Under the pieces are notes generated by a model that was given only the letters and a program-made list of their open reading frames with translations, ran no database searches and was not told where the DNA came from. From Octopus sinensis (taxonomy: Eukaryota): a DNA stretch of 64,000 nt. Of this stretch, positions 1-14,159 are shown piece after piece. Location: positions 62,248,001 through 62,312,000 of the forward strand of contig NC_043004.1 in the NCBI RefSeq assembly GCF_006345805.1, given 5' to 3'. The number at the start of each line of letters is the position of its first letter. Position 1 is the first letter of the stretch. The translations under genes and the position numbers were made by a program.

Positions 1-1735
1 TTGTGTATAGTTTAAAATGAGGGTGGATCTCCACGAATTCATGATTACTTTTAAAACGCTCAGAAATGTTGAAGCCATCTTGCAAATTTCCAGGGCCTAG
101 ATGATCCATGCATGGGTGACACTGTCAAGAGCATTCTTGTAATCAAACCAAATGCTGCGAAGTTTTCTGCATTTCGATTTGCAATTTTCAACGAAAATTT
201 TATCAATCAGTAATTGATCTTTACATCCATAAGAACTCCTTTTACATACCTGTTGTTCCGCTGGGAATAACATCCTATTGTCCAAGAAGTCATATGCTCT
301 ATTCGCTATTACAGATGTTAACAGTTTATATATGGTGGTGAGGCCTCTTACAGGTTGGTATGTTGCGGGGTTAGTAGTTTCTTCTGTTTTTGGTAAGAGA
401 CATGTAATCCCTTCTGTAAGCCAGTTTGAGGCTTTCTTAGTGTTGGGCATGGCTTCATTGGTTCCTACGGCTAAGTTGTGGTGAGTGCTCATTAAAGAGT
501 TTCGCCAAACATTTGGAATTTTTTCTATACCTGCAGATTTCCATTTCTTTGACTTAGCGAGCGCTGCCTTCACTTCTCCAGTTGTTATATCCTACCATTC
601 TTGATATATTTTAGGTGCATATTGACCTCTTCCATGTCTCTGACCCAATGTGCATTGTGATTAAAATCCTTTGAATTACTCCAAGTATTTTTCCAAAAAT
701 CTTCAGTTTGCTGCTGGGGAGGAGGTATTTTCACAATAACTATATTTTTCCACAGTTCCCCGTAGAAATTTTGTCTGTACTCCTTCAATTTTATGATTTG
801 TCTATGAATGCTGAGCGCTTTTTTTTTTTGTATCTTGCCAGTCGTTTAGATTTTAACTGTAATTTTTGTTTCATGATTTCTCTTTTTGTATCTTTTGTTT
901 TCTTGTACAGGACATGTTTAGCAATTATTCTCATTAGTTTGTTGGGTTTATTATTTTTCACTTTGCTTGATTCAAGTGGTAAAGATGTCTTCTCTTAGTT
1001 GGATTATTTGCCGGTTTATTCTTTCCATCAATGCAGCTTGTTTGTGTACTTTGCACTTTTTAAAATCTAACTCTAATTTTAATACCGCATTTCTGAGTTG
1101 CTAAATAATCAGCTGAGTAAACAAGTTGATCAATCATTACTTCGAGAGCACTTTCTCTATTATTTTCAAAGAGTTGTATCAGCTTTCTAAGTCCTTCATC
1201 AACTTCTTCGATTACTTGTCTAGTCTTATAAATATTAATTATTCTGGGAAGTTGGTCTCTTTCGTGGAAAGGTTATGTAGTTGTATTAGATATTGTTCTA
1301 ATATTCCAATTAATAGTCCATTGATGAAGTGATCATTTATAGTGATTTTAGTATCTATTCATGGTCCATCTTAATAGGGTTCTGTGTACCTAGTTTGCTG
1401 GTTTGAGTGAGTGATTTCAGGGTTTTATTTCTGTGGGTGTGAGTGTGTGTAATACTGATCTGATTTCTGACTGATCTGACTATTTTGTCACTTTCGCTGT
1501 CTGCGTGTCGTTATATCTTAGGATATCACATCTCGCAGCACCCGGATCATTATGTCCATGTACAGCTTACTGTACGTGTTTTTGTTTTACCTCCAGACAT
1601 TGTGGGTCTCTTTTGTGTACTTGATGTGTCTGGGTTTAGTGTTGAATAAAAATATTCATGCACACCTTCGATATATTCTTCCTTAGACGATTTTTGTCTT
1701 CTATTTCTTTGAGATAGGTTTGGTAGTTGTTGTTG
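1..1735 (-). mobile_element. R4/Dong-clade non-LTR retrotransposon, degenerate 5' half (N-terminal domain + RT domains 0-3), runs off the left edge
   Basis: ORF 97..573(-) has GITCLLPK...NPATYQP..LTTIYKLLT...EQQVCKR...KDQLLID...DYKNALDSVTHAW, matching R4-type RT domains 0-3. Near 1700 the minus strand reads SKEEYIEGVHEYFYSTLNP, resembling the R4/Dong N-terminus; ERDQLPRI occurs near 1250. Multiple stops and frameshifts. Confidence 0.85.
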
Positions 1736-1763
1736 TTGCTATTACTATTATTATTATTATTAT

Positions 1764-1870
1764 GCTATAGCCCATCTTTTATACGGAGACAAAACAACGT
1801 AATGATAATATTTCCAATCAATTATGACGAAAAACCGTGAGCGCCACTGCCTGGTATGCATCAGGGCATT
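1764..1870 (-). repeat. Non-coding (TAA)n-associated dispersed repeat, fragment of the end beginning AAATGCCCTGATG on the minus strand
   Basis: GCTATAGCCCATCTTTTATAC...GCCACTGCCTGGTATGCATCAGGGCATT is homologous to 15945-16040 and to the reverse complement of 17832-17950. Confidence 0.7.
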
Positions 1871-2075
1871 TATTATTCTTAATATTCTTCTTCTTCTTCT
1901 TCTTCTTCTTCTTCTTCTTCTTCTTCTTCTTCTTCTTCTTCTTCTCCTTCTTTTTCTCCTTCTCCTTCTTCTTCTCCTTCTCTGTCTTCTTCTCCTTCTT
2001 CTTCTCCTTCTTATTATCATCATCATCATCATCATCATCATCATTATTATTTTTTTTATTATTATTAATATGATT
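1871..2075. repeat. Compound trinucleotide microsatellite (TTA/TTC/TCA)
   Basis: Direct reading of the repeat tracts. Confidence 0.95.
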
Positions 2076-2838
2076 TTATGTTTGCCTTACGCTTTATATT
2101 TGTACAAGTTGTCTCCAAGTCTCACCCAGGGACCTCAAGAGACGACAAGATAGAAGTTCATGTTGGTGTTATGCCTAGTGTGTCAAACAGAAGGTTTAAG
2201 AAACCATTAGAAAACCATAAGTTTGTTTTAAAATTTGTAATTAAATAGACAGTATTTTACGTAGGATATATGCAGTTACCGTAAGCACTATCTTTTCAAT
2301 TTCTGCCATTTTGTGGTCTCCTGTTATCTGAGCTAGGTAGCAATCAGCCCATTTAACTATCGTTCCTAGGGCACCTATGACAAGAGGTATTGTTTTAGTC
2401 TTCAGGTTCCACATTTTTACTCATTTCTATTTCACGATTTTTATAGTTGCTCAGTTTTTGATAGGTCTTCACGGATACGTTTATATCGATGAAGTCTTTC
2501 AATATGATGACTAGCATATTTGCATCTATCTTTCCGTCAGTTTGAATGGTGAAGATCCAGAGAAGTGGGATGTGACCATTTTAAGCACTGGAGGTGCTTT
2601 CGGTTCCTACCAGTTCTTATGACACATATATAGGCTTTTGAAAATTACCCAGTAAATACATTGTGCAGCTCTATCATGCCTGTACAGATATTCTGCACGA
2701 GCAAGAAGACTACAGATGGAGACATGACCAATGGTTTCATTTTGTTTTTGACACACACGACATGCTGGGAAGCTGCCGTTCATTAATATGTTGGCCTGTT
2801 AGTCCCTTGGAGGTACGCATTGATCTTGGGCTGTTACC
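2075..2838 (-). mobile_element. R4/Dong-type LINE 3' fragment (family 1: CCHC/RLE region + 3' UTR)
   Basis: Clear nucleotide homology to the intact copy at 44263-45320 (e.g. GTACAAGTTGTCTCCAAGTCTCACCCAG; GCATTGATCTTGGGCTG = AQDQC). Ends in a TAA-type array. Confidence 0.85.
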
Positions 2839-2865
2839 ATTATTATTATTGTTCTTATTATTATT

Positions 2866-3315
2866 GACTGAGGGAGCAGTGCGTGCCATCAAAGTGACAT
2901 TGGGGTAAAATATACGAAGCCCAGAATACTCATCATGACTACCTGTCTGATATGGGTATGCCAGGCACGTGCCTCACAACCTTATGTGCGTGACATGGTG
3001 ATCTCATATCAAGATGAACAGCGCACGACCTTCCAGGTGAGGCCAAGTTAGATTTTTCTTCTGGTCAAGTAGCCCAGCCCGCTCAAAAGATCCCTGAATA
3101 GGGATTAAAGATGTTGAATGAACTACCCATGTTTCCAAAGGTGAATTATCCAAAGCTCTATGAGTTCCTTTCTACTCACGGCTATGATGCTCCCTACTAA
3201 TTCTGCTCGTTGTCAGAATTGCACATATGGTGAGCTACTAAAGATATGCTCAACTGGTTAAGGTCAAACAACTAACAAGCAAATCTGGTATTGAGTAGAA
3301 TATTTACTGTAGCCC
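2866..3315 (-). repeat. Non-coding (TAA)n-associated dispersed repeat, ~450-bp copy
   Basis: GACTGAGGGAGCAGTGCGTGCCATCAAAGTGAC...GTAGCCC, with (TTA)n on both sides. Homologous to 3472, 15837, 17392 and 17832. Confidence 0.8.
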
Positions 3316-3337
3316 GTAATTATTATTATTATTATTA

Positions 3338-3369
<32 letters not shown>

Positions 3370-3471
3370 GTTGTTGTTGTTATTATTATTATTGTTATTA
3401 TTATTAATATCGTTATTATTATTAATATCATTATTATTATTATTGTTATCATTATTATTATCATTATTATT
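3316..3471. repeat. (TTA)n/(TTG)n microsatellite
   Basis: Direct reading. Confidence 0.95.
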
Positions 3472-3650
3472 GAGTGAGAGAGCAGTTCATGCCATCAAAG
3501 TGACACTGGGGTAAAATATACGAAGCCCAATATACCCATCATGACTACCCGTCTGATAAGGGTACACCAGGCACATGCATCACAACCATATGTGCGCGAC
3601 ATGGTGATCTCATATCAAGATAAACAGCACATGACCTTGCAGCACATGAC
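3472..3650 (-). repeat. Non-coding (TAA)n-associated repeat, truncated copy
   Basis: GAGTGAGAGAGCAGTTCATGCCATCAAAGTGACACTGGGG... aligns with 2866-3040 and has (TTA)n on both sides. Confidence 0.8.
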
Positions 3651-3684
3651 CTTATTATCATTATTATTATTATTATTATTATCA

Positions 3685-3755
<71 letters not shown>

Positions 3756-3756
3756 T

Positions 3757-4520
3757 CGTAACACTGTGTGGATATTAATGCACCGGATTCCCTAGTCATC
3801 TCTCACACCAAGAACATCAAACAGATAATGGTTTTATGAAGATGTGCGCTATACCCATTAAGGCTGCTTTTTGCAGGACATCATTCTTGCATGGGATTTT
3901 CAGTTGCCTTAAGAAATAGCGAAATATATTCATGTAATACAACACACGTATTCATATTGCTAGCATTTTTCTAGGGATGTGTACAGTACTTGTCTGCACA
4001 ATCTTTTGGATTTCTATGAGATATGGTATCCTGGGGTGACATCCCTTTGTTATCATACATAGAGTACCTAAAATAATTGGAACATTTCTCGCAATAATAC
4101 ACCACATCTTTAGTTTTCAATATCCACTTCCTTATATTTGCTTAGTTTGTTAAATTGCTTTACAGATATATTTCTTTACAGATATATTTACATTCATTAG
4201 TCTACAAGTAATTTGTTCTCTGTCTTTAATGACTATGGCTGGTCAATTATCCTGACTCTTTCTGTCGCTGTTGACTGAAAAGCCCCAAAAGATAGCGACC
4301 TTTTTTTTTAACTTGAACGACTGGCTCAAGATGATGTTCATACCAGTAAGCAGGAGCACTGATTTTGTAGTGTTTATATATTTTCCAACGTAAATACTGT
4401 CCTACACTATCGTGGCTATTTTTGAATTTCGTGTCAGTACATGAAATCCAGAGACCAGAATCTGTATTTAAGGTCAGAACCATTTTGAAGAACGGTTACC
4501 TGGTATTATTTTTGTAAACA
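3757..4520 (-). mobile_element. R4/Dong-type LINE 3' fragment (family 2, different 3' UTR)
   Basis: Minus strand encodes ...IPCKNDVLQKAALMGIAHIFIKPLSV*, a typical RLE-element C-terminus, plus remnants of the zinc-knuckle/WYEH region. The 3' end runs into (TAA)n. Confidence 0.75.
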
Positions 4521-4559
4521 AGCTTAGATCTTGTGCCAGTAATATCAAAACTTCAGTCA

Positions 4560-4810
<251 letters not shown>

Positions 4811-4829
4811 TGCATAACGAAATAAAGGT

Positions 4830-5300
4830 AAAGATTTAGTCATCTGCCAGTTATTTTTACAAGTTGACTCCAAGTCTCACACAGACGTTAAGAGAGACGT
4901 TAATCGTTCAAGTTGCTATTACGCCTAGGGTGTCGTATATTTGGTTTTGCATTTAGAATTGTTCCAGAGAAGGTTTAAGAAAACATAAAAAATGTTGTGA
5001 GTTTGCTTTAAAAATTTGAGATTATATATACAACATTTTACGTTGAATATAGGCAATTCCCTAGAACATTATCTTTCGAATTTCTGCCATTTTGGGATTG
5101 CCTGGTACCTGAGCTAGGTAGGAATGAGCCACTTTTGCTTTCGTTCCTGGGGTATTGTTTCAGTCTTGAGGTTCTACATTTTGCCAATTTCTATTTCAAG
5201 ATTTTATACTTGCTCAGTTTTTGGTAGGTGTTTAAAAATAAATTTATATCAATTGGGATAGTCATATCAATGAGGAAGAAACGCTTTTTGTTTCAAGCTT
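4830..5300 (-). mobile_element. R4/Dong-type LINE 3' fragment (family 1)
   Basis: Homologous to 44280-44780 (CAAGTTGACTCCAAGTCTCAC; GAATTTCTGCCATTTTGGG; GGGATAGTCATATCAATGAGG). TTA tracts on both sides. Confidence 0.8.
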
Positions 5301-6399
5301 TTCATTATTATTATTATTATTGTTATTGTTGTTGTTGTTTTTGTTTTTGTTAATGATACTGTTGTTTTTTATTCTTTTTGCTGCTTCCGTCACAATGATT
5401 GGACGACTAATAAAAACTCATGAGTAATCTTTGAAGCGAGTTTCTTTTGGAACTCCAACAAAACATGACATTCGAACCTCCTGACCTTCAGCAACAGCCA
5501 GAGTGATAAATTATTATCCATATTTTTTGTGCTACTCTGAGCACATTGTCATCTTAACAGGAGTAAATATGTGTCATATAAATGTATGCGGCCTGGGTTA
5601 TTTTGGAAGCAAGTTTGCCTGCTGAATGACCTCAGGTTACAAGTTATTAGTGTGACGACCATCAGCACGACACAAATCATTTAACCCTATTTTCGATGAC
5701 TTACAGAATAAGCATAGTTTAGTCGGTCTTGAAAAGTGGATATGGAATTGCTATTTATGGATGACTGGGAACGCGAGGTACTGACCACCTTCTTCAAAAA
5801 GTATACGTTGGTAGTCTTCGATGTAAGCAATTGCAAATTTGGTGCTTGTAGACCTGTCATTATCTACGACCTAACCCAGTGATGTAGCGAGATTTCTTCA
5901 ATGCTTTTCAGGTTTTCCCTAGGACGAGATGTGAGACGATAATAATTCAAAGTAAATAACCCTAAAAAGGGCTTTTGTTCGTTCCCAAAGAATATTACCG
6001 TCAGGGGCGCTACTTTTGGTATATTCGCGAATAAAGCGCGAAATAAGTGGATCTGTTGTTTAGGGAAATACTATTTACTTGTTTAAGGGTTTTACTGGAT
6101 AAAGTGCGAAAATAACTCTAACAGTTCATATACTAAGAAATAAGCATACTGATTTTCATTTTTACCAAATAATTTAGGTTATTTCTCTTAGTTTTTCAAA
6201 TAAAATATATATCAGATATATACAAGGATCCATTCTAAGGGCCCTATTATCGATTGTTTTCAATAATCTGAGTATGCCATGAGGTTTCCAGACTTGAGTT
6301 CTTGTTACGTGTCAGGGTTCATCAAAATGTATATATACAGATAGATAGAGCGAGAGAGAGAGAAAGAGAAAGAGATAGACAATAGGTAGATAGACATGT

Positions 6400-6600
6400 G
6401 AGAGTGTCATTGCATCAGTGTTTGTAACCCACCACCACCCGGTGTTTGTGTGCTGACGTTCCTGTAAATTAGCGTTTCTCCGAATGAGAATAACATATTT
6501 ATCAGGCTTAAAAATCGTCCTGGTGTCAACTCTTTCCACTAAACTTCCTTGATACAGTGCTCCGGTATGGCAGATGTCAGATGACTGAAACAAGTAAAAT
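6400..6600 (+). mobile_element. tRNA-derived SINE (family A) 3' portion, degenerate
   Basis: Homologous to 59090-59280, ending ...GATGACTGAAACAAGTAAAAT. Confidence 0.6.
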
Positions 6601-7369
6601 ATTATATAGAGAAAGAGACATTTCTTGAATAAGAACAACAATATTATTGTTCACAAAACAATGAATGGCGATAACAGTGTGATAGATATATTAAGATAAT
6701 AGAAGATAAGAGAATGATTAAAGAGAACATTTCTCACTTGGAAAATGATATCGATGAACGGAAATCACGCGTAAAATAATGTACGGCTACAATAACAATA
6801 ACAAAAATCTGAAATAAACAGTAATGATAGCAACAGAAATACTACTACCATCACTGATTATAAATTAAACTCGAATATTCATATAAAGTTACAGCACGAA
6901 TATAAAAGTACAGCAGAAGTAAAAACAATGGAGATAGTAGTCTTAGTATAAGTAGCAAAAACAATGAGAGCACAGCTTTTGTTTCCTTTACCAACTTTAC
7001 AAAGGGATGCTTGTTTTCAATTGTTACTGAATTATTGTACAGAGAACATAAACTGGGTACACTTTTGAGTATGAATAATAGACACTAACACCAAATTTTA
7101 TAGTTATAACACTAAGAGATAAAAATATCTTGAGGTGGACTCTTATCCAAAACTGCAATAATATTCTTAAAAAGAAATATGTCAGCTGTCACGTAACATA
7201 TAAGTAACAAAGTATTATTTGAACCTAGTGACTCTATGATCCGATAAATGGGATATTAGAATGTATCTATAAATACGTTTTTCTCAGAAGAATATTTGAT
7301 AACATTTACATATTCTCGGTACCGTTTAAATAATCTGCTAATTATATTTTATATTATCTTCCATCTTCT

Positions 7370-7545
7370 TATTTGAGCCAAGCTACGGTGCAGCGTTCAG
7401 GAATAATTAGTCGAATGAATTGACTCCAGTATTTATTTGTATTTATTTGTTTTACTCTATCAATCGTTTTGCCGAACCGCTAGAGTGAAGTGGACGTAAA
7501 AACATCTACACGACTTGTTAAATAGTAGTAGGAGATACAGATGCA
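7370..7545 (-). mobile_element. SINE family A 3' portion, degenerate
   Basis: TCAATCGTTTTGCCGAACCGCTAGAGTG matches 55300-55335. Confidence 0.55.
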
Positions 7546-9324
7546 AAACAGAAACACACCGACACTCACATATACACACGCGCCCGCGCACGCACACCTC
7601 CACCCCACACGCAAACGAACATGTATATAGATATCGGAGTGAGTAATGTAAATTTACTAGATTTGGTTTAAGGAAAATGCAGTAGGATCAGGGATTTATG
7701 ATGTAATTTATTATATTCCCCTCTCAGATTCACACATTGTTGCGGTACCTTCAGTTTTACTAAACTCTGTAAAACAACTCAGAATTTTGGGTCTCCAGCC
7801 GAGCCTTTTGCAAACCTTTAATGCCAGGAACTGTTCAGCATCTCCACGTGCATATATACATATACATACATACATACATACATACACACATACATATGCA
7901 CACAAACACGCACACACAATCTGTTTCTTTCAATTTCTGTATAAAAAATCCACTCATACGTGTTTGGTCGGCCTGAGGTTATAGTAGATATCACTTGGCC
8001 ATGTTTCTACGCTCTTAAGACCGGGATGTTTCGGAGTTTGTTTACCTCATTTGTATCGAGTATCTGTAATAAATAAATGGTTTAATATATGCCAAGACTG
8101 CTAAACGCGACTTACGCTGTATGAGTACCGCCCCATTAGAGTTAACTATCTGCTTTGAAACAAAGAGACAGGAAGCTCCCTACATCTCAACCTCAGCTGC
8201 AAGAACAACGACATCAACTTGTTTAGTAACATCAACACGAGAATTTTTATAAATGATTGCTAAGTTGGTGAAGTTGGTACCACCACGAGTACTCTTCTCC
8301 AGAAACTAGCACCAACACCGACACAACTGACACAAACATGCTTGAATTAACCTTCAGAATTTCGTAACACTGATTAGCAAATAACGAGCTGTGACAGTGC
8401 ACCAAACCTTGAAAAGCTCCATCGGTGGTGAAGGGAAAAGCAAATATATTACCATTATCTCAGTATAGATAAAAACTCAAACGCTGATGAAACACCAGTA
8501 CAATGCTCACATATAGGCAACGCCAGGCACTACAGACACTTCAATGAAACACCAACAAATCCTAAACAATGCGTACAGCCAAAGAAAATATAACTGAAAA
8601 ACATGATATCTTTAGTGAAAAAGAAAACATCAAAATGAACGAAGTAATTATTCAGCCGCCCAAGAAATAATATTTATCAAATTCACAGTTATAAATATCA
8701 AACGCAGTATTTGATGCCTTACACATCAACATACTATTAAAACAAAATAGAAACTCAATGTAAAAGAGACTACCACAAGAAATTTAATGATAAAGGAATC
8801 ATTGTCAAACTTTTACACAGTTTTCCTTTAAGAGTTCAGTAAAAGTGAAATAATTTGTCGATAAGAAACCCGAGGGGAAAATGAAAGAATGTGGTGGCAT
8901 AAATCCTAATAATTCCTACTAGAAATATGGCTGAACTCACGGTGGAGAAAATAAGTATTTGCGGCAATGTGCCATCTTGGGAACATAACCGTGTTTCTCT
9001 GAGCACAGGTCTCTACACATAGATGTGGTAGGATTAGAGTGCATTCATCCACACTTATTTTTCAACGAAAATTAAATTCAGTTATCTGGTAAACAGTCGA
9101 GAACTTTGGGGACATTGTAATTCCAAAACATCTTAGATAACTGGCTGGCCAGATTGGAGCAATCTCGAAATTGCAAACATAACATGGAATTTGACTGAAG
9201 AAAGGATACTCGGAATCACCCGTCCTTTTTTATTCTATCGTCTGTCTGGATGTTTTGCATTCTTGTCCCATTGTTCCTTTTTGTATAAATAGAGCGGCGT
9301 ACGTATAATTTGGTCTCTCTCTCT

Positions 9325-9498
9325 ATATATATATGTATGTATGTATATATATGTATGGATGTATATGTATATGTATATATGTATAGATGTATATGTATAT
9401 ATATATGTATGGATATATATGTATATATATATATATGGATATATATATATGTATATATATGTATGGTTATATATGGATATATATATATATATATGTAT

Positions 9499-9530
<32 letters not shown>

Positions 9531-9719
9531 TGTGTGTGTGTATATATATATATATATATGCATATATATATATATATGTATGGATATATATGTATATATA
9601 TATAATATATATATATGCATATATATGTATGGATATATATGTATTTATATATATATATATATATATACGGATATATATATATATATGGATGTATATATAT
9701 ATATATATATATATATGGA

Positions 9720-9760
<41 letters not shown>

Positions 9761-9856
9761 GCATATAAATGTATATATATGTATGGATATATATGGATAT
9801 ATATATATATATATATATATGCATATATATGCATATATATGTATATATATATATAA
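9325..9856. repeat. Interrupted (TA)n microsatellite with recurrent ATGG/ATGT variants
   Basis: Direct reading; source of the YI-rich pseudo-ORFs. Confidence 0.97.
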
Positions 9857-10031
9857 GACAAAGTAAGTTAGGGGTTATGGGTGCAACCCACTAAGGGATA
9901 GTATTTATCCAATATACTCTTGGTAAAGTACCCAAATTCTTAATACACACGTGTTTTTAATTGCAATGCAATTAACTTATTTATTGTATTAAACGGGTGA
10001 AAGCAAAGGAATATTTTACCGTAAATTTATA

Positions 10032-10344
10032 ATACAAATAAGAAAATGGAGAAACAATTTAGTTTGTTTATCAGCTTTCGGATATTAGAATGTTGAATTA
10101 TTTATTCATTTAACAAAAATGGGAAACTTAATAGCATACATATATACACAATATAATTGAATACATATGTTTCAGCCTATGGTTAAAAGTTGTTTTTTTA
10201 TTGCCTATAGTTGTCAATTGTATTGAGATTGTAGGCATTTAAAAATAGGGTACTTATATACATAACCACAGGCCTCAATTCAACATTCTAATATCCGAAA
10301 GCTGATGAACAAACTAAATTCTTTCTCCAGTTTCTTATTTGTAT
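10032..10344. repeat. 68-bp inverted repeat pair (MITE-like)
   Basis: 10032-10099 (ATACAAATAAGAAAATGGAG...GAATGTTGAATT) is the reverse complement of 10277-10344 with about 4 mismatches; spacer ~177 bp. Confidence 0.8.
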
Positions 10345-10353
10345 CTTTTATAT

Positions 10354-10402
<49 letters not shown>

Positions 10403-12969
10403 GTCCCATAGGGAACGATGCTAGTGTTGTTTATAGCCCCCAAAAGACAACTCCTCCAGCTGGCTGACATATAGGGTGTCCACTTTTGTAGTCATTCCAC
10501 TTAATATTTTGTATATATACTTTACCACCGATTCCTTTGACCACTCCCCTAAGAATGATAGTTTGCGCCATGCCTACCCCAAAAAAGTCCCCCATCACCA
10601 CCCCTTTAAACCTGCCTAAATGTATAAATGCCAAAACTACTCTTGTCACCTAGCTTCCTGATGATTTCTTTTGAATGAAACAGTTCTAGTCCTGTAGAAG
10701 CTCCTTCTATAAAATAAAAAATATATATATATATATCTATACGTGTGTGTGTGTGTGTGTGTGTCTGTGTGTGTGTTAGTGTTTCATTGTATTCTTAAAC
10801 CGACGTCATGTATTTAGTGTGCCATTATTGAAGCGCCCTCTTATCAAAAATTTACCCAACTTACAGAAAACAGTGGCGGTAGCTGATAACCTTGTTTTCT
10901 AGTGATAAGAAAATCAACAAAAATAACTTAATCTCTTTATCTGTTTCACTCATATTACTTTTATCATTGCCATTATCATCCTTGTTCTAAGAATTATGGA
11001 AGGCGGCGAGCTGGCAGAAATGTTGGATTTTAACGATTACTAACTTCAATATTGCAATTTCCAATACAGTAACTATTTCACTTTTAATCCATTTCGCTAT
11101 TTTATTCTGTTAACTTTATTCTGACTTTCATTCTTCCACCACCACACCCTCATACGGACAGCGAAACAAATGTATGCAAGACTTACAGGAAAAGAATAAA
11201 AAATCACATCACAGTCTAAAACAGCTTATGTGATTGTGGGCACACATGTGAAACTATAGAGCAGAACGAGACTGGCTCGACCAAAACGTGTGTGTATGTG
11301 CGTGTTTATGTGCATGTGTATGTGTGTGAGGCGTGTGTGTTGCTGTGTCTGTGTGGGATCTTGTGTTTGTGTTTATGCATAAACTGCAGACACACGCACA
11401 CACACATACACACATACATATATATATTTCTGAATTCTTTAGCGAACAAAACAGTGACTTATTGCATGAGAATTACTTATCGCTGATATAGATGCCCACA
11501 TTTTCATAAACACACTTAAACACATACATGCATAGTCATGTATATTTAGATATATGTATAACCTACACTCACAAACACGATATATATGTGTGCGGATTTA
11601 TAAATACATATATACATACGTAGGTTAACACACAGCCATACACAGCAACGTATTTACTCTGCAACAGAAGTAAATAAGGAACTGATCTTAGAAATGCTAT
11701 CAAGCTTTACACTCTACGAAACGTGGCTATAAACAATGTCCAATATTTCCGGATCTTCCTGCGATGTTCAGTAAAACATCCACTCCATATATTGGAGACA
11801 ATGAAAAGACTATTAAAATACAAGACCACACGTAATAGGATATTGAAAACATCAGTAATGGAAAACCGGGTAATGACTGTGACACTTAATGTCTGGAACG
11901 TCTCCTAAGCAATCGCCAAATAGATTTAATAGAAATTCAGACTTATTTTAACACCATGTGTTTCTTTCTGATATCAACAGCTTTTAGTTCTTGCGTAATC
12001 TTCCCAGTTTTCTGTTGAAGACTACAGCCTTTCGTTCTATTAAGTTATATAATGTAATTCCGATTGAACGGTGACCAAGTGAAGCAAAACATTACGTGGA
12101 TGCAAAATGCAGGAATGTTATCAGAAGAGGAACTGACCACATTGTCTCTCACAGTATTAGCCAGAAAAATTACAATTACAAGTGGGAGATATTTGGGACT
12201 TTCATATATGTGATGTTCTCTGAGTTTGACAAACAACCTGTTTAATGGAATATACTAAACTGCAGAGAAATGGAAACTATAGCTAAAGTGCAGTATTGTG
12301 TTATGAAAGACCTTAATAAAAGGATGAGACACATAAATGGAATACTAGGCAAAAGAGGCGATAAAACACCTGTGCAAGATCTGAAGAAGTACATTTACGT
12401 GTATATGTATATATGTGTGAACGAGCTTGTGTATATATGTCTATTAAAACAGAAAACATTCTGTGATAATGCAAAAATAGGATGTATTGTCAAATCAAAC
12501 GCGCATGATTTATGAATATGCATAAATTAGATATGATAGTGCAGAAAGTCACCGGATATAATTCGATAGAAGAATATACTGTACATATCTAAGATACACA
12601 GAATTGCATTGAAAAGTGAGCGAAAGCACAAAACAAAAAAGTATAACAATATTACTACTAATAATAAAAGGGTAACGACACCATTCTGTTATGAATGATC
12701 AACAGTCGACCATACGTAACAGCACCCCACCACCATGCCACCGATTTTATCTAAGGCAAAGACAAACGAGGATACGGATTGGCGCTAGTGACATCACAAC
12801 TCATTTCTACGATTGAATGAACTGTAGCAACGAGAAATATTGTGTTTTCCTGAAGAACACAAGACACTGCGCGGTCCAAGAATTTAACGCGCTACCTCAT
12901 GTTACAATATTCTTAACTGGACACTATATAAACAAACCCAACTAGATAGAAAATAAAACATGAAAAATA

Positions 12970-13965
12970 ATGACGGAGTTTACAGCAAAGCACTCGAAAT
13001 CTGACGTCCGTAGGCTATATATATACAACGAACTGAAGGTGGTAGAGGATTTAAAATCTGGAAAATTTCTATAAAATAACAAACATAGAGGATTAGAGAA
13101 ATATCTATTTCAGAAGAAAGGAAAACTTGTACAAGTAGCAACAAAACAGGATTTCTTTATTGAAGGTAGCCGAAACTGCAAGGTTATAAGTGCCTGAGAG
13201 CTATAAAGAAAAAGAGCAAATAATAAAAGCAACAAAGCTACTGAAATCTAAACTAAAATTGGTAAAAAGTACACTTTATAAAACGATAGTAAGAAAACCC
13301 TTGCGTGGCAAGCTAAACAGAAAAGAAAGAGACAAATTAAAATATATAAAATGGTTGAGAATTTCAGGGCTCGAAGTAAAGCCAGAAGACATTTTAAATG
13401 TAGCACAAGATCAAAACCGCCAGAATCACATAATGGAAAAAAATATAATTAATAAATAACTGCAGAATGTGTGGCGATGGTGAAGAAACAATATATCGCA
13501 TTGTCCCTCGCTCTCCAGTCCAAAGGTCTGAGAGCGTTGAGCCTTATATACGCTGGAAGATATGCGAACGCTATGGAATAAATACAGAAGTAATACGATA
13601 TAGGCATATCACAGAAAAGGTCTCAAAAACTGGCAATGCTATCTTACCTGTGATATGCTAATAAACTGACGAAGAGATCAAGGTTAGATTTCAACAAATA
13701 TAAAAGACTTCTAATGGGTGTATCAAAACCAACAGATGACAATGCATGTCTAAAACAAAGGGAGAAACTATCACTATCAAAATACAGAGATCTTGAAATA
13801 GCGATAACACGAATGCGGAGATGAAAAATAGACACAGTAATAGGAGCACTATGTGTGATAAAAAAAATCACCTAATGACAAATACATTAAAAACAACACT
13901 AAAAAGATATAACATACAAAAAACGCCCCACCCACATCTCTCATTATACATATAATGCACCATAC
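12970..13965 (+). mobile_element. R4-type LINE 3' part, highly degenerate (thumb, CCHC, RLE)
   Basis: HSKSDVRRLYI..TEGGRG (thumb motif), KWLRISGL...AQDQ, CRMCGDGEETI, and RLE remnants followed by a KTP..SHII-like terminus. Confidence 0.7.
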
Positions 13966-14159
13966 AAACGCTAATGCAACAAAAAAATCCATACCAAAGC
14001 AAACTGATGCAATACAATATCGAGAAGAGTGCTGCCAAGCGCCACTAACAATAAAAAAGAGCATACAATACTGTACACACCCCAGCGACATGGTGGTTTA
14101 ACAGGTGATTCCGTAGAAATGTGCCTGAAACTATCAAATGACGAATAGTATTATTATTA

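Noticed and set aside
8200-9200. Possible ancient CR1/Jockey RT relic
   Set aside because: Only faint motif echoes (e.g. FDALH) are visible; not enough to call.
11700-12250. Possible LINE or mariner remnants
   Set aside because: No motif could be read convincingly in any frame.
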